DNA of 64,000 nucleotides from Lama glama (GCA_028534125.1 CM052817.1:108626001-108690000); one strand, 5' to 3'. Positions 12,300-23,943 are shown, counted from the stretch's first letter. Notes: a model not told the origin generated them from the sequence alone. A program made the numbers and translations.

Positions 12300-13030
12300 C
12301 TTTTGGTGCTTGCTGTTTCAAATGGTGTATTTTAATCTATTGCTCTAGACCTGGACATTTAGGGGGTTTTCACTTTTTCTCCTTTTCAATACTGTGATGA
12401 CTTGATATTCACGTGCATGTATTTCCAAGGGTACAAATAAAAGGATACAAACCTCCAAAGTGAATTACAGGGCCCTGGGACAGACGCACCTTCAACTCTA
12501 GCATCCTGTGTCCATCAGTTACATCCACCAAAGTGGTACCAACTTACACTCACTTCTGCAGGCAGAGCAGAGAGATTCAATTTACCTGCATCCTTGGCAG
12601 TCCTTTCTTTTACATGCTTGCCAAGCTCATGGAAGTGAAATGGTATCTCCTTTTTTTTTTTTTTTGGTAATATCTCTGTCTTGCATTTCTCTGATAACTA
12701 ATGAATTTTAGCATGTTTTTGTACGTCCAGTGGCCATTCAAGCTTCTTACCTGAAATTTGCCCATTTTCTGTCATTTGTCTTTTTTTAATACATATCCTG
12801 TGACAGGTATATGGTTTGCCAAAGTGTTCTCCCAGTATCTGGATTTTGATTCTTGTATAGTATAAAATTTAGGCAAATTTATTAAAGTTATCTCTTATGT
12901 TTTGGGTGTTTTTTATCTTGATTGCCAAGTTCTCCAGTGTCATAGGCTCTCACCTGTATTTTCTTGTAATTCTTTATGGGTTAATTGCTTTATATTAAAT
13001 TTTTAATTCATCTGACACTCATTTGTGTAG
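12300..13030 (-). mobile_element. Old L1M (L1ME-like) ORF2 remnant
   Basis: gtgaaatggtatctc...ttgcatttctctgataactaatga...tggccattc are typical reverse-strand L1 ORF2 motifs, heavily diverged. Confidence 0.65.
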
Positions 13031-13422
13031 CAACCAGGTGATTTTCCAGAATGAGGAGAGTGAAAAGTGGAAACAAAAGAAAAATTGGGTAGACTCTATA
13101 TGGGCTTCCATTGTATAAGTCCCTACTTGAACCATTGAGATGTTTTCTTTTTTGTTCAAACACCACAGATCACACCCACCATGGTTTGTGGTGAAGAAAG
13201 TGAATGTCTTTCCCGTTGAAAATCTTTTTCCACAGAGGCCCTGTCCAAGTTCATCTCCATGAAGTCTTTGCGAAGGAATGGCTGCTCGCTGGGGCTGAAC
13301 ATAATTTCACCTCCGGGGGTTTTCAGCCTGGTCTTCAGCCACCTACTTAACTTCACACATGAGCCCGGAAGGAGCCCGTTGTCCCTTTTAAAACAGTTGA
13401 CATAGGTCCATTTTCCTTTCAG

Positions 13423-13630
13423 CAGTTCACAGAAACCGTGAGTCCTTCAGTGTTGCCCGCCGCGGCCCTGCCCCTGGACCTCCTTAATAACGCGGTCACT
13501 GCCTTCAGTACCTTGGAAGACCTGATTCGGTATCTTGAACCAGACAGATGGCAGTTGGACTTGGAAGACCTATACAGGCCAACGTGGCAACTGCTGGGCA
13601 AAGCTTTTGTTTTTGGAAGGAAGTCCAGAG
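13423..13630 (+). CDS. PDGFC: PDGF-C coding exon (exon 4; hinge region ending in the RKSR protease site)
   Basis: Translates as QFTETVSPSVLPAAALPLDLLNNAVTAFSTLEDLIRYLEPDRWQLDLEDLYRPTWQLLGKAFVFGRKSR, which I recognise as the PDGF-C hinge. Acceptor ttttcctttcag, donor AG|gtaagc. 208 bp, ends in phase 1. Confidence 0.97.
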
Positions 13631-16600
13631 GTAAGCACCCTCTTCAGGTTAGAACCTCATTTAATTTTCTCCGCAGCTAATGTTTCAGATTCTTCTGCCC
13701 CAACTTTGGATGAGTCGAGTTTGAAATTCTCCCGTGAGATATTTAAACAATCCATTGTCATAACACGTGAGCCTCTTTACCTGTGAAATAAGAAAACCTA
13801 CAGAAGGAGGCCCTGACGTAGTGGGCTTGGAAGACTTAAAGAGATGCTTTTGCTGAGAATTCTCATTTCTTTCATGCAAAAATATTTTGATGAAGTCTTC
13901 TGTTACATTTCACCAGAATCATTACTTCTTCAAATTTAATATGGGGAGGTAAATGGACTTAGAGACTCAAGGGAGATTATTGTAGCTGCTAACCCAAGGT
14001 TGGGGCTAGAAAAGTGGAAAACTCAATTAAAATCGTTGTCCACCTGTCCCCGTGAGTCAGGATTATATCAATTCCCATTTCCTAAACCTAGAAACTTTTC
14101 AAAATAATGTGAAAAGTAACAGTGGCTTGTCATAAACTAGAACTAGTAGTTTCCAAGATTAGGGTGCACTGTAAGAAAATAATGGCCTGGAGGAGCCCAC
14201 ACAGTGGTAATTGCTTCCTGCGTGAAGATGCTTCCGAAATGATCACTTCTGACTGTTTGAGCTCATCTCCCTTCAACAGTGAAAGTGTTGATAATTAAAC
14301 TTAATTCCACACGGTCAAGATATTGGAAATAATGCCAGCCGAGTTTGCTCAAAGGCTGGCTTATCTTCCCAGTACCATTGGAGCTGGAAAGCATCCCGGT
14401 CAGACACAGGTGAAAATGTTAACTGGGTAATTAGAAGGCGAAAATCTGTTTCAGTCTGTCAGACACATTGAAGTCTACCCAGGGTCACTTTAAAGAAGGG
14501 ACCGACAGTCTGAAGAGTGGCTGTAGAAAGAGCAGTGTTAATTTCAGCAACTCACAAGGGCAGATTGCATCAGGCGTGTTCTTCTTCGGAAAGAAACCGG
14601 ATTCCTGCCCTTTCCTGCTTAGAGGTGCAGCCTTTCTGCCCCAGGAACTTTCAGCTCCGTGGGTCCTGTTCCGACTTGCCCAGCCACGGTATTTGGCTGT
14701 TTCCCTCAGCGATATTTGGAATCGCGGTTCAAGTCCATAGGCAGCTGAATCTTGTCCAGATGCTGAAAGCTGTTACATATTTATAAGATTTGATCTTGAT
14801 GAATAACTTACGAACACTTCCCTCCCCTCCCACTCAGGAACAGGGGAAAAAATGCAGACCTGCAAGGCTAGCTGAAACACCATGAATAGAGCTTTTGTGA
14901 GCAAATTTGAAGTAGATTTTCATGCAGATCTGTAAGAAGCAGAGGGAGTGAACAGGCTTCTGAGCTCTGATCTAGTTTTTTGACAGCTGATCTAGGGATT
15001 CAAGCCTGCTTATCTCCCCTCTGGCCATGCCTCTTTTGCCTGTATCTCTCTCTGCTCTGGGTGCTCAGTGAGGGTTTGGCCAGCGGCTAGTGTGTATTTA
15101 AAAGGTCCAGCACCCACCGCATCAGATCTTTCAAATATTCGTTGAACACTTTCCAAATTGAAGCCCTTTGCAGTTTGCCAAAGCTATTAACTTTTTTAAG
15201 CATACAGTAAGTGTGAGAAAAGCAGTGTATATTTTTGGAACTTTACATAAACTAAAACGCAGGTGTGAGATAACATCTATGTAGACAAAACCAACTCCCC
15301 TCCCAAGAGTCTTTCTACAAAGGAACCAGGAGTAAAACGTTTAAAAGCTTCTAATTAAACACTGAAATAGATTTTCCACAGAATAAACATATCACAGTGT
15401 TACCACATTCATCTTAGAAGGACCACCCTCAGATTGCATTATAGTAATAGAATACCTTTGGACTGACTATCTTAAGAGAATGAACACGAACAAAGTAAAA
15501 TGTGATCATAAATTTTTTTCAACCAGTATTATCCTTTTTAGTAAAACCTGCAATACTTCTGCGTCTGAACAAGAAAATACGCATTAGAAACGTAAGTCTT
15601 CATTGATGACAGGCTGCAAATCTTCCTTCTTCAGAAAGACAGGCTAATGCATGTACTGTCTTAGGGAACAGTTATGAAAAGGAAATAAAACTTCTGAAGG
15701 CTAAGTTTTACTTTACAAATATTTTGCAGAGAGAAACTTCAAAATATTTGAGTTATTTTTAAACGTATGTGTTGGTACATGATCCCTCTTTCTCTCTGTC
15801 TCTTTGCTGCCTAGACGTTCTGCCCTTTTGGAGAATTTATGACACCAAGTTGTAGTCACGTGACTTAACTTTAATGAGGCTTAGATGAGTTTGAAGCCCT
15901 GAAAGCAGGAAACCAGAATTTCAAATGAGATATGCCAGACTGAAGGTCCTTCCTTGCATTCTCAGCCCAGGGTGCACTGCATTAATGTTTTTTCCGTTCC
16001 TTTATTTGCCCTGCCTTCCTCTGGTTCAGGGTTTTCATTCATACCTTACTCCTGCCGAAAAAAAGAAAAACACCATATTTTCTAAGTCAAGCTTAACTAG
16101 TACTTTAAAAAGGGCTTTTGACTTTTGTGTCAAACATGATAAATGAGTGGAAGTGAGGTTGAAAGCGTGTTTAAATTTTCACATTGTAGCAGGTACCCTA
16201 ACTTCGTTCCCTTGGGAAATCCATCTAACCTTTTATTGTGGTTAAGTAAACATTTGAAAGGGAACATACACAGTCTCATTTTCTAGTTTCATGAAATAGT
16301 CTGCTTCAAACTCTTTGAGGTAGATGAATAGCTTTTGCAAGTTAAGAGCTTCATTCACAGTCTAAAGAAGCATAAATCTTCAATAAGCATTAAAAATGTT
16401 GGCAGCCGGCTTTGGTAGGTGTGTGCCTGCTTTAGGCTTGCTCTCCCCCAGCCTCAGTACTAACTTCCAGAGAAAAGAGTTAAAGACGCTCATCTGCCAT
16501 TCGGCGGTGGGAGAGTAACATGCACACAGACCGTTAGTTCAGCAAAATGAAATCAGGTAAAATGCGTGACATCGTTTAACCTAATTATCTCATTAATTTT

Positions 16601-18253
16601 ATTAGGGGTAAGCTGGCCTTTTATGACACTCAAAAAGAATAAACTCATTTCCTCTTAAAAATTGAAAAGCTATCCTTTCACAGGACCAGTTTTCAGATAA
16701 AAAGGAAATCTTTAGCTGTTCAGATAAAACAGTGATTGTTCTTTTGCAGTGGAGAAAACAATTTTTAGCTAAATAAGGTGTTGAAACGAGCCAATTGAAT
16801 TAACATTTCTTTGGTGTTTCCCTCTACCTGACCAAGGTTTTAGTCAACCATACAGTAAACCATATAGTTTATAGGTGCTTTTAATTTACAGTTGCACATG
16901 CATAATCTATAACATATTTTTGAAAATACTTATTATATTGGCTTCCTTTGACATTTTAGAAAAACTTGACCACATGATACAAAAATAACATAGCTAAGAA
17001 AATAAGCATTTGATTTTTAATTACCTTGTCGTTTTAAAAGTATTTAAAAACATGTTGGCACAATTTTTAAAACTGGGTTACAGAGTGATTATTATTATCT
17101 GAAGCTCTCTTTAGCCAGAACCTATTATTTGTAATGTTCCCAATATTAGTAAAAAGGTTTTTAGCCAGATTTATTTTATTTTAGATAGTGTTCCTAAATT
17201 TTAACATAAGCTCTAGTTTGAGGAAAGAAGAGCTTTGATAGATTGTCTGTTATTCAGAACTTCAATTTTATCGGAATTGCTTTTCTTGAATGTTTCTAGG
17301 GGAAAGGGCACAGCCGTACAGCAGAAATTAAAATTAAATTAGAGATGTTTATCCGAATAATTATCAACTACTCCATATGTTACATATAAATTCATATTAA
17401 ACATGAAGTATTATTCAGTGTCATTTTGTAGTTTAAAACAATGGCTCTTGGAGAACTTACTGTAACAATCTAATGAAAGGTAATTCTGTTCGGTCTTCAC
17501 AAGTAGACACTCTTAAAGAATAAGGCACAACATAGTTAACCAACTTGCTAAAAGAATAACAATGGTTCTAAGTTAGATATTCTTTCATCCCTTAGAAGAA
17601 GAGAAATCTGAAGGAGTCTAGTTACGCTAAATTTCAAAGTCCCTAAATTACTCAATACACCAGTGCTTCTGCCCTTTTTAATGTATCCTCTTTTTCACTC
17701 CTGGTCCACTCAGCTGCCTTCAGAAATTCATTCCTTCTCATTCCTCTTCGCACTCTATGATTCTTATTGCCAGAAAGATTGTAGAAATGTCTCTCAGCCA
17801 GTTTGGTAAGTCATTCTTCATGAATTGCGTGAGCTTTGTCATCCTTCAAAAACTGCCCTTGCCTTTTCATCGAAGCGTTCGTCGCTGGACCTTCCGGGCT
17901 TCCTCCAGTCCTCCCCTTGCTCACTTTTCCACGAAGGTTACGCGTGTAGCCCTCCTTTTTCTCTCTGAAGTCTCCTGCCTGTAGCTCCGGACTCTGGGTG
18001 CTGTGTTCTTACCCCGGCACAGTGCCATCTCTTCACTGGCCCCTGAGTCGTAGGAAGCTTGCTTTACCACCGCGTAGAGGCCAGGCTTCCCGCAGCTTCA
18101 CGCTCAGACCCGGTGAAGGTGATGAGGATGCTGCTGGGGTGGCTGTTCGTGAAATAGCTAGACTTCGGCACGAGTGCGGACAGGGAGTCTGCGGAGGGGC
18201 GCACGGCTCAGCGCGCGAACGCCTGTCTTGCTTGCCCCCCGTGTGCCCCGCAG

Positions 18254-18471
18254 CGGTGGATCTGAACCTCCTGAAGGAGGAGGCGAGGCTGTACAGCTGC
18301 ACGCCTAGAAACTTCTCGGTGTCCGTCAGGGAGGAGCTGAAGAGGGCGGACACCATCTTCTGGCCGGGCTGCCTGCTGGTCAAGCGCTGCGGCGGGAACT
18401 GCGCCTGCTGCCTGCACACCTGCAGCGAGTGCCAGTGCGTCCCCAGCAAAGTCACCAAGAAGTACCACGAG
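18254..18471 (+). CDS. PDGFC: PDGF-C coding exon (exon 5; PDGF/VEGF cystine-knot growth factor domain, N-terminal part)
   Basis: Phase-1 acceptor ccccgcag|CG joins the previous exon's G to give GCG. Translates as AVDLNLLKEEARLYSCTPRNFSVSVREELKRADTIFWPGCLLVKRCGGNCACCLHTCSECQCVPSKVTKKYHE, with the PDGF-family PxCLxxxRCGG motif and an NFS sequon. Donor GAG|gtaggc. 218 bp. Confidence 0.98.
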
Positions 18472-18784
18472 GTAGGCGTGCGCTTCCCGCCGCGCTCCGG
18501 GGAGGGAGGGGCTGTGTCCGAAACAGTAACAGAACAGTGTGTCTGAACTGGGTTCTTGTTGCGAAGGAGATGCCGCGTTCGTGAAAACAAAACAAAAACA
18601 CGGCTTATAAAACAGTTCATGTTTTTATCCTATTTTTATTTTTAGTTAGGACCTTGAACTCAGAAACCTCGACAGCAAGGATTAAGAAAACTTATCCTCT
18701 AAGAGTTCATCGCGGATGATCAGTGGAGTTGGGGGTTTTTTGGGGTTTTTTTGTTTTTTACTTATTCTTAAGTGCTTTCAGGTC

Positions 18785-18955
18785 TTTATTTATTTATTGA
18801 AGTACAGTCCATTACAATGTGTCAATTTCTGGTGTACAGCACAGTGTCCCAGTCATGCATATATATACATATATTTTCATACTCTTTTTCTTTAAAGGTT
18901 ATTACAAGATATTGAATATAGTTCCCTATGCCATACAGAAGAAACTTGCTTTTTT
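18785..18955 (-). mobile_element. Short L1 3' UTR terminus
   Basis: tttattgaagtacagtccattacaatgtg...gaatatagttccctatgccatacagaagaaacttg, near-colinear with 11760-11925. Confidence 0.88.
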
Positions 18956-21344
18956 TCTTCTCGGAGTTTTTATCTCTTGTACAAAAAAGAAATAGGAAGG
19001 GATAATATTCTCAACAGAAACTTGAGGAGGTAAATGATCATCTGTTTTGGAGAAAAGAGATCTTTGACATTTATGTTTCCATTTGGAGCATTGTGGGCAC
19101 ATGAATCCTAAGAGACATACTCATAATTATAGGTCCTGTTATTCACAATTTATATCGTCCTGTTTTTCACGCTGCCCCCAATATGTTCACTCTTTCAAAC
19201 ATTCTTCATCCTTCTGTCTCTATTCTATGGAATTAAGGAAAATGTAAAATCAAATGTGAGTAGTTATTGTTTCTCAGAGTCTTGGGAACCTTAGAATTTG
19301 TACATTCAGATTTCCGTTGTCCCCAGTGATACCCCGCCCTCTTTCCCCCAGCTTCACGTAGCTTTCATCTGTCAGGAAGCAATCCCTCTTGATGGGCCAA
19401 CTTTAATTTTTACAAAACGTTCTTGACAAACTAATTTTTACCACACCATGCCAAAATCTGCCTTCTGACATCATTTCAGTATGGCTTCATTAGCTATTTT
19501 TTTTCCTACTAAGTAAAAGAAGAATATAAATAAATATCTCCTTCATAAATTAAGTGATTTTTTTTTCTGGGCATGCAGACGTCAAAGAAACCCCATCTGT
19601 CAGGTGATCTGAACACACATGGGGTCAGAAATGCCCTTCACAATACTGTGTGGACAATTGATTAAGTGGGAAAACAAATACTCCAGGTTCCTGATCCCAG
19701 ATCGACCATCACCTTGTTGGGACCAGATGCAGGACACTTAACCTTAGTCAAGCGAGGGTGAACTGTGAGAGTCTCCCAGGTTTTCCCTAGAGGTGTTATT
19801 CTGTGACAGTTACTAGATGGCGAGATTTAGCAGAGGACGTCCAAAGCTGGCAGTCTGTGACTAAAAACAGGGCTGCGGGCTGCCGTCACTCGTGTTCCAC
19901 TTTCATTCCTGCAGCGCACGCTTCTCAAGATCCCTGTGCCGGGTCAGCCTCCACGCCTGTTGCAGGAGCTCGCTGGAGCTCCCGCCGGCTCTGCCCCGAC
20001 GATGGCTTCGTTGCTGTGCTGTGAACTGGGGGTCTAGTCAGTAGAAGACCCTCCCTGCAGTAGTGCTAAGGCATGCTGAAGTAAAGTGCCTTTAAGGGTA
20101 GGCAGATAGCAGAGCCGACTGGCGTGATACACAAGGATCTGACGAGAGGGCTCCTTTCCCACCTGAAGTCATTCCATTTTGAGCTCTCTGAAGCAGGTAC
20201 TTACTAAACAAAGTATATTTGGGGACCTGATTTGAGCCAACAAGTCTTGGGTTTATGCACCACCTTTCTAAGAACGATAAAACCCAGAGTGGTCGTACTA
20301 GCTTTTTGAAACAAGCTCATCAGTCGAGATCATACTTCTGGTGTCAGCAGACTCAGTCCTCGGATCAGGCATTTCCTCCTCCAGCCTAGACTTGTAAATT
20401 TCTTTGCAAATTACATTAGTTTTCGGATTATCCAGAAAGTCACTGCAGAGCGTGAGCAATCTGTTTTTAAAGTCTCAGATAAAATTCATGTGCAGGGAAA
20501 GACCATGGGCAGTGTGTAGACTCGCTGGCCTTCTTCCAGAATGACAATAATTCACCTTTCTCCTGCCTTTGAGTGGGGTTGGTCACACACGTGTCATCTG
20601 TGTGTGCACATGTACGAGTCTGGATGTGCATTTAATCATATGAGCGTGTAGCACAAGTTTCCCACCAATATCTCTAAACTACATGTTACCTTCTCCACGC
20701 TTCTCAGATATCTCCAGTAACAGTCGTGTCTTACTTTGTTTTATTGCTCTGTGGGAATTATACATTTTTCTGTGGTGGCCTTTTTATTAACCATCAAATT
20801 ACCCTAGGAAAAAAAGGATTATTTGCTTGGTGGAATTCATAATTTCCAAGGCCTAAATTTTTCCCAGTCTTAGATTTTGGAAGGCAGTTCCGAGTCTCCT
20901 AGTACTCCTAAGTCAATGGCAACTTTTAAAAAACATAACTTAAAATAGTTCTAAAATCATGAAGTCATTGAATACCATCAATCGGGATCTAGAGATTTAA
21001 CTCATTTAAAGTGAAGCCCATCTTGGGCTCTGATTCTTTTTGATGATCATTCTCCCGATTTTCAGTTTAAAGATCATTCCACTTCACAGAGAAGGCACAA
21101 GCAAGGACACGGCTTGGAAGGTGAAATTTCCCTCTCTCTCATCTCGCTCTGTTACAGCTTCCTGACACACTAAGATGAATCATAGTCACTGTGTCACCAC
21201 AGATGTGACCGAATTATTCCCTCTTTTGGTTTCCTTTGGCATTTTCATTGGGTTTTGTTCAACCACTGTGAGCCCCCCAAAAATAAGTGTACAAACTTAA
21301 AAGTCTCATAAAATATAGCAAGGATATTACTGCTGTGATGTTTT

Positions 21345-21410
21345 CCCGCTGTGCACCGGAAAGTCACACGACATTGTAAATCAACTATACTTCAGTTTTT
21401 AAAAAGTTAA
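21345..21410 (+). mobile_element. Very short L1 3' terminus
   Basis: gctgtgcaccggaaagtcacacgacattgtaaatcaactatacttca. Possible TSD gtctcata at 21303 and 21415. Confidence 0.6.
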
Positions 21411-21569
21411 CTATGTCTCATAGTTTTACAAGATTTTGCACTTTATCCCTTTAGAAAGAAAGTTACTAAATAAACAGAGTATGACTAGTCATGTTCTGAG
21501 TCTTCATGAAATTAGTATCTGTCACTCAAACTCGAATAATTCTTCTTTGGCAGAAGTACAGATGCTTGT

Positions 21570-21707
21570 GTTCCCTGAGCTGTTCACTCATGTGTAAAAT
21601 AGGGGTAATAATTGTAAATTACTTCATGGAATTCCTGGGAGTCAAATCATGTAAAAACATTATTATAGAGCCTGGCACCCAGTAAGCATTCAAAAAATGT
21701 TAGCTAA
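21570..21707 (+). mobile_element. MIR SINE remnant
   Basis: ctcatgtgtaaaataggggtaataat...gcctggcacccagtaagcattcaaaaaatgttagcta matches the MIR 3' half. Confidence 0.75.
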
Positions 21708-21811
21708 TTAACCTTTGATATGACCACATCCTTCAAATGAGGGACCCGTTCTCTGTTCTTCTTTTTTAAATCTTCTAGTAGAATAGTCAGAAAACCTGAC
21801 TTGCACCTTTT

Positions 21812-21962
21812 GGGGGTTTTTGTTTTTGTTTTTAGGGTCTTCGGGGGAGGTAATTAGGTTTGTTTATTTATTATTGTCTTTTTAGTGGAGGCGCTAGGGA
21901 TTGAACCCAGGACCTCAAGCATGCTAAGCACGTGCTCTACCTCTGAACTACACCCTCCCCCC
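21812..21962 (-). mobile_element. tRNA-Ala-derived SINE (vic-1 type)
   Basis: gggggaggtaattaggttt...gggattgaacccaggacctcaagcatgctaagcacgtgctctacc...ccctcccc, with flanking gcacctttt repeats. Confidence 0.9.
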
Positions 21963-22948
21963 TAAACTAGGCACCTTTTTGGATTAATGAATATTTCTAG
22001 GAATGGTATCTTTCAGAAGTGGCTCTATGAAGTTATGTGTGTCAGACCCAGAGAGCAGAGAAGCTAGACAGTCTCATATCATTCTGCGCTCTGGGCTTTG
22101 TCCATAATGCAAACACACATCATTTCTAGGCAATGCATGTTGAGTAGTAGGTAGTTCTTATCAAATACGTCAGATAATCCACAGCTCCGTCCTTTTGTCT
22201 CAGCATTAAAGGGGAATGTTTTGTATCACTGTTAATTTTGCTATACTTTTTTGTTAAAAAAGAAATATCTCAGCCATTCAAAGTGCAAATAACTTCTTTA
22301 ATTGAGGCATGCTTGGTATTAATGCCAAGCCATCTCCGCCTGGTAGGACCCAGCTGCCGAGTGTTAGTTGTGACGGAGGCTGATGTCTGTGAAGTACATC
22401 TAATCCGTCTCATCGAGTTCATAGTGGACTTGGACGGTGGCCAAGAAAATTAATGAGCGGCCTAATTGAGCAGACTCAGCTGCGGAGGGGTCGTGTTTCC
22501 TCCTACAGCATCGCTGCAAGGATGGGTATCTGTTCCAAGCGTGAAGAAATGAATGAGTGAAAGAAACCAACAAATGGGGAAATGAATTGTGTGAAGGGTG
22601 CGGCAGTGGTTCCAAACTCCCTAACCAGGGTGACGTTCTCCCTAGTGCTATCAGATGTGGAAAGTAAAGAGGGCTGGCGGGTCTTTGGACGTACGGTCTG
22701 TTGGTGACTCCTAGCAGCCTCCTTCCAAATGATTGGTGTTACAGGTTTTTTTTCAGGAAATGATGGCAAGCATTTATGAATTCCTTGAGGGGTGGGGGAA
22801 CGTGTTCCCAATGCTCCAGGGAAAAATTAAGATGTGCTGAGTGGCTGCTGGGGCCCCGAGGTTCTGCGCCAGGAGATCACCTTTGTCCCTGGGATCAGAC
22901 GTCACAGGCGTGGGTTGACTTTAAGGTGGTGACCTTGTTCCCTTTCAG

Positions 22949-23065
22949 GTCCTTCAGCTGAGACCCAAGACGGGTGTCCGGGGTTTGCACAAGTCCCTGA
23001 CCGACGTGGCCCTGGAGCACCACGAGGAGTGTGACTGCGTGTGCCGAGGGAACGCGGGAGGATAA
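22949..23065 (+). CDS. PDGFC: PDGF-C last coding exon (exon 6) up to the TAA stop
   Basis: Acceptor ttgttccctttcag, phase 0. Translates as VLQLRPKTGVRGLHKSLTDVALEHHEECDCVCRGNAGG*. Together with exon 5 this gives the 12 Cys of the PDGF-C growth-factor domain. Not in the ORF track because it has no start codon. Confidence 0.97.
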   Translation, partial: VLQLRPKTGVRGLHKSLTDVALEHHEECDCVCRGNAGG

Positions 23066-23935
23066 CGGCCCCGCAGCCCCGCCAGCGCGGGCTGGGGCTG
23101 CCTCGGGGGACAGGGCCCGCACCGGCCTCCAGCCCCCTGCCCGGTGCTTCTCCAGGGCCCTTCCATCTGCGGGGCCTACAGGCGATCCAAGGGAGGAGGC
23201 AGCCCGCGGCATCAGGGCTCTGGCACCCGCTCTTTGCAGGGGATGCTCGGATGCTGGGAGGAGCGGTCCAGGTGTGGAAAAGGATGCAGGGCTGTCGGCC
23301 GCTGGCCAGTGGCCCGCCCCCACTTGCTCCCAGGTCTCCAGGTGGCTGGCATTCACGTCAGCATAGGAGAGACGTGTGGCCCCGAGCACCTGATGCTGTC
23401 ACCTCGCTTAACTCTCCAATTCTGAGCTCTGGGCCTAGAACGACGGAAATCTGGGATTTTCTTCTTCTATTCACATATATAAGCCAGAGTGTTCTATGTC
23501 CCGCCAGCGTGGGCTTTAAAAAGGAACTCTGTTGCCATGAATTAAGCTTCTGTCACCCTGATAAGAAAGACTGGAGTTTCCACATTTCTTATTACAGTTT
23601 CTACCACTTAGAAGCAGAGAACTACATTCATGGCCAGGAAGAGACAGCTTTCAGAAGAGTGGCCTTATTTTCACTTTATAAGTTGGTTTATTTGTTTCGT
23701 TGTGTACATTTTTATATTCTCCTTTTGACATTATAACTGTTTGCTTTTCTAATCTTGTTAAATATATCTATTTTTACCAAAGGTATTTAATATTCTTTTT
23801 TTTTATGACAACCTAGATCAACTATTTTTAGCTTGGTAAATTTTTCTAAACAGAATTGTTATAGCCAGAGGGACAAAGATGATATAAAATATTGTTGCTC
23901 TGACAAAAAAAAAATACATGTATTTCATTCTTGTA

Positions 23936-23943
23936 TGGTGCTA
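23936..23943 (+). promoter_or_regulatory. miR-29 family 8mer target site
   Basis: TGGTGCTA is the 8mer match to the miR-29 seed, in AU-rich UTR context. PDGFC is an established miR-29 target. Confidence 0.7.

Noticed and set aside
1..13422. Upstream PDGFC exons encoding the CUB domain
   Set aside because: No CUB-like translation was found, so these exons presumably lie 5' of the window.
18033..18620. 195-aa antisense ORF over exon 5 (and the 182-aa sense ORF 17998-18546 as a standalone gene)
   Set aside because: The antisense openness is a by-product of extreme GC3. The sense ORF is exon 5 extended into intron, bounded by canonical splice sites.
19809..19824. CTCF-like motif ttactagatggcga
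   Set aside because: It lacks the conserved leading CC of the core and cannot be supported without ChIP data.
22311..22330. Near-palindrome gcttggtattaatgccaagc
   Set aside because: Too short for a miRNA-type hairpin and plausible by chance in 64 kb.
22949..22957. In-frame cryptic acceptor gtccttcag 9 nt into exon 6
   Set aside because: It would delete VLQ within the cystine-knot domain. The upstream AG has a good polypyrimidine tract and I have no evidence of use.
22895..23736. Long ORFs (164, 111 and 231 aa) over exon 6 and the 3' UTR; possible stop-codon readthrough
   Set aside because: GC-rich, stop-poor sequence with low-complexity translations and no recognisable domain. The TAA stop is not in a known readthrough context.
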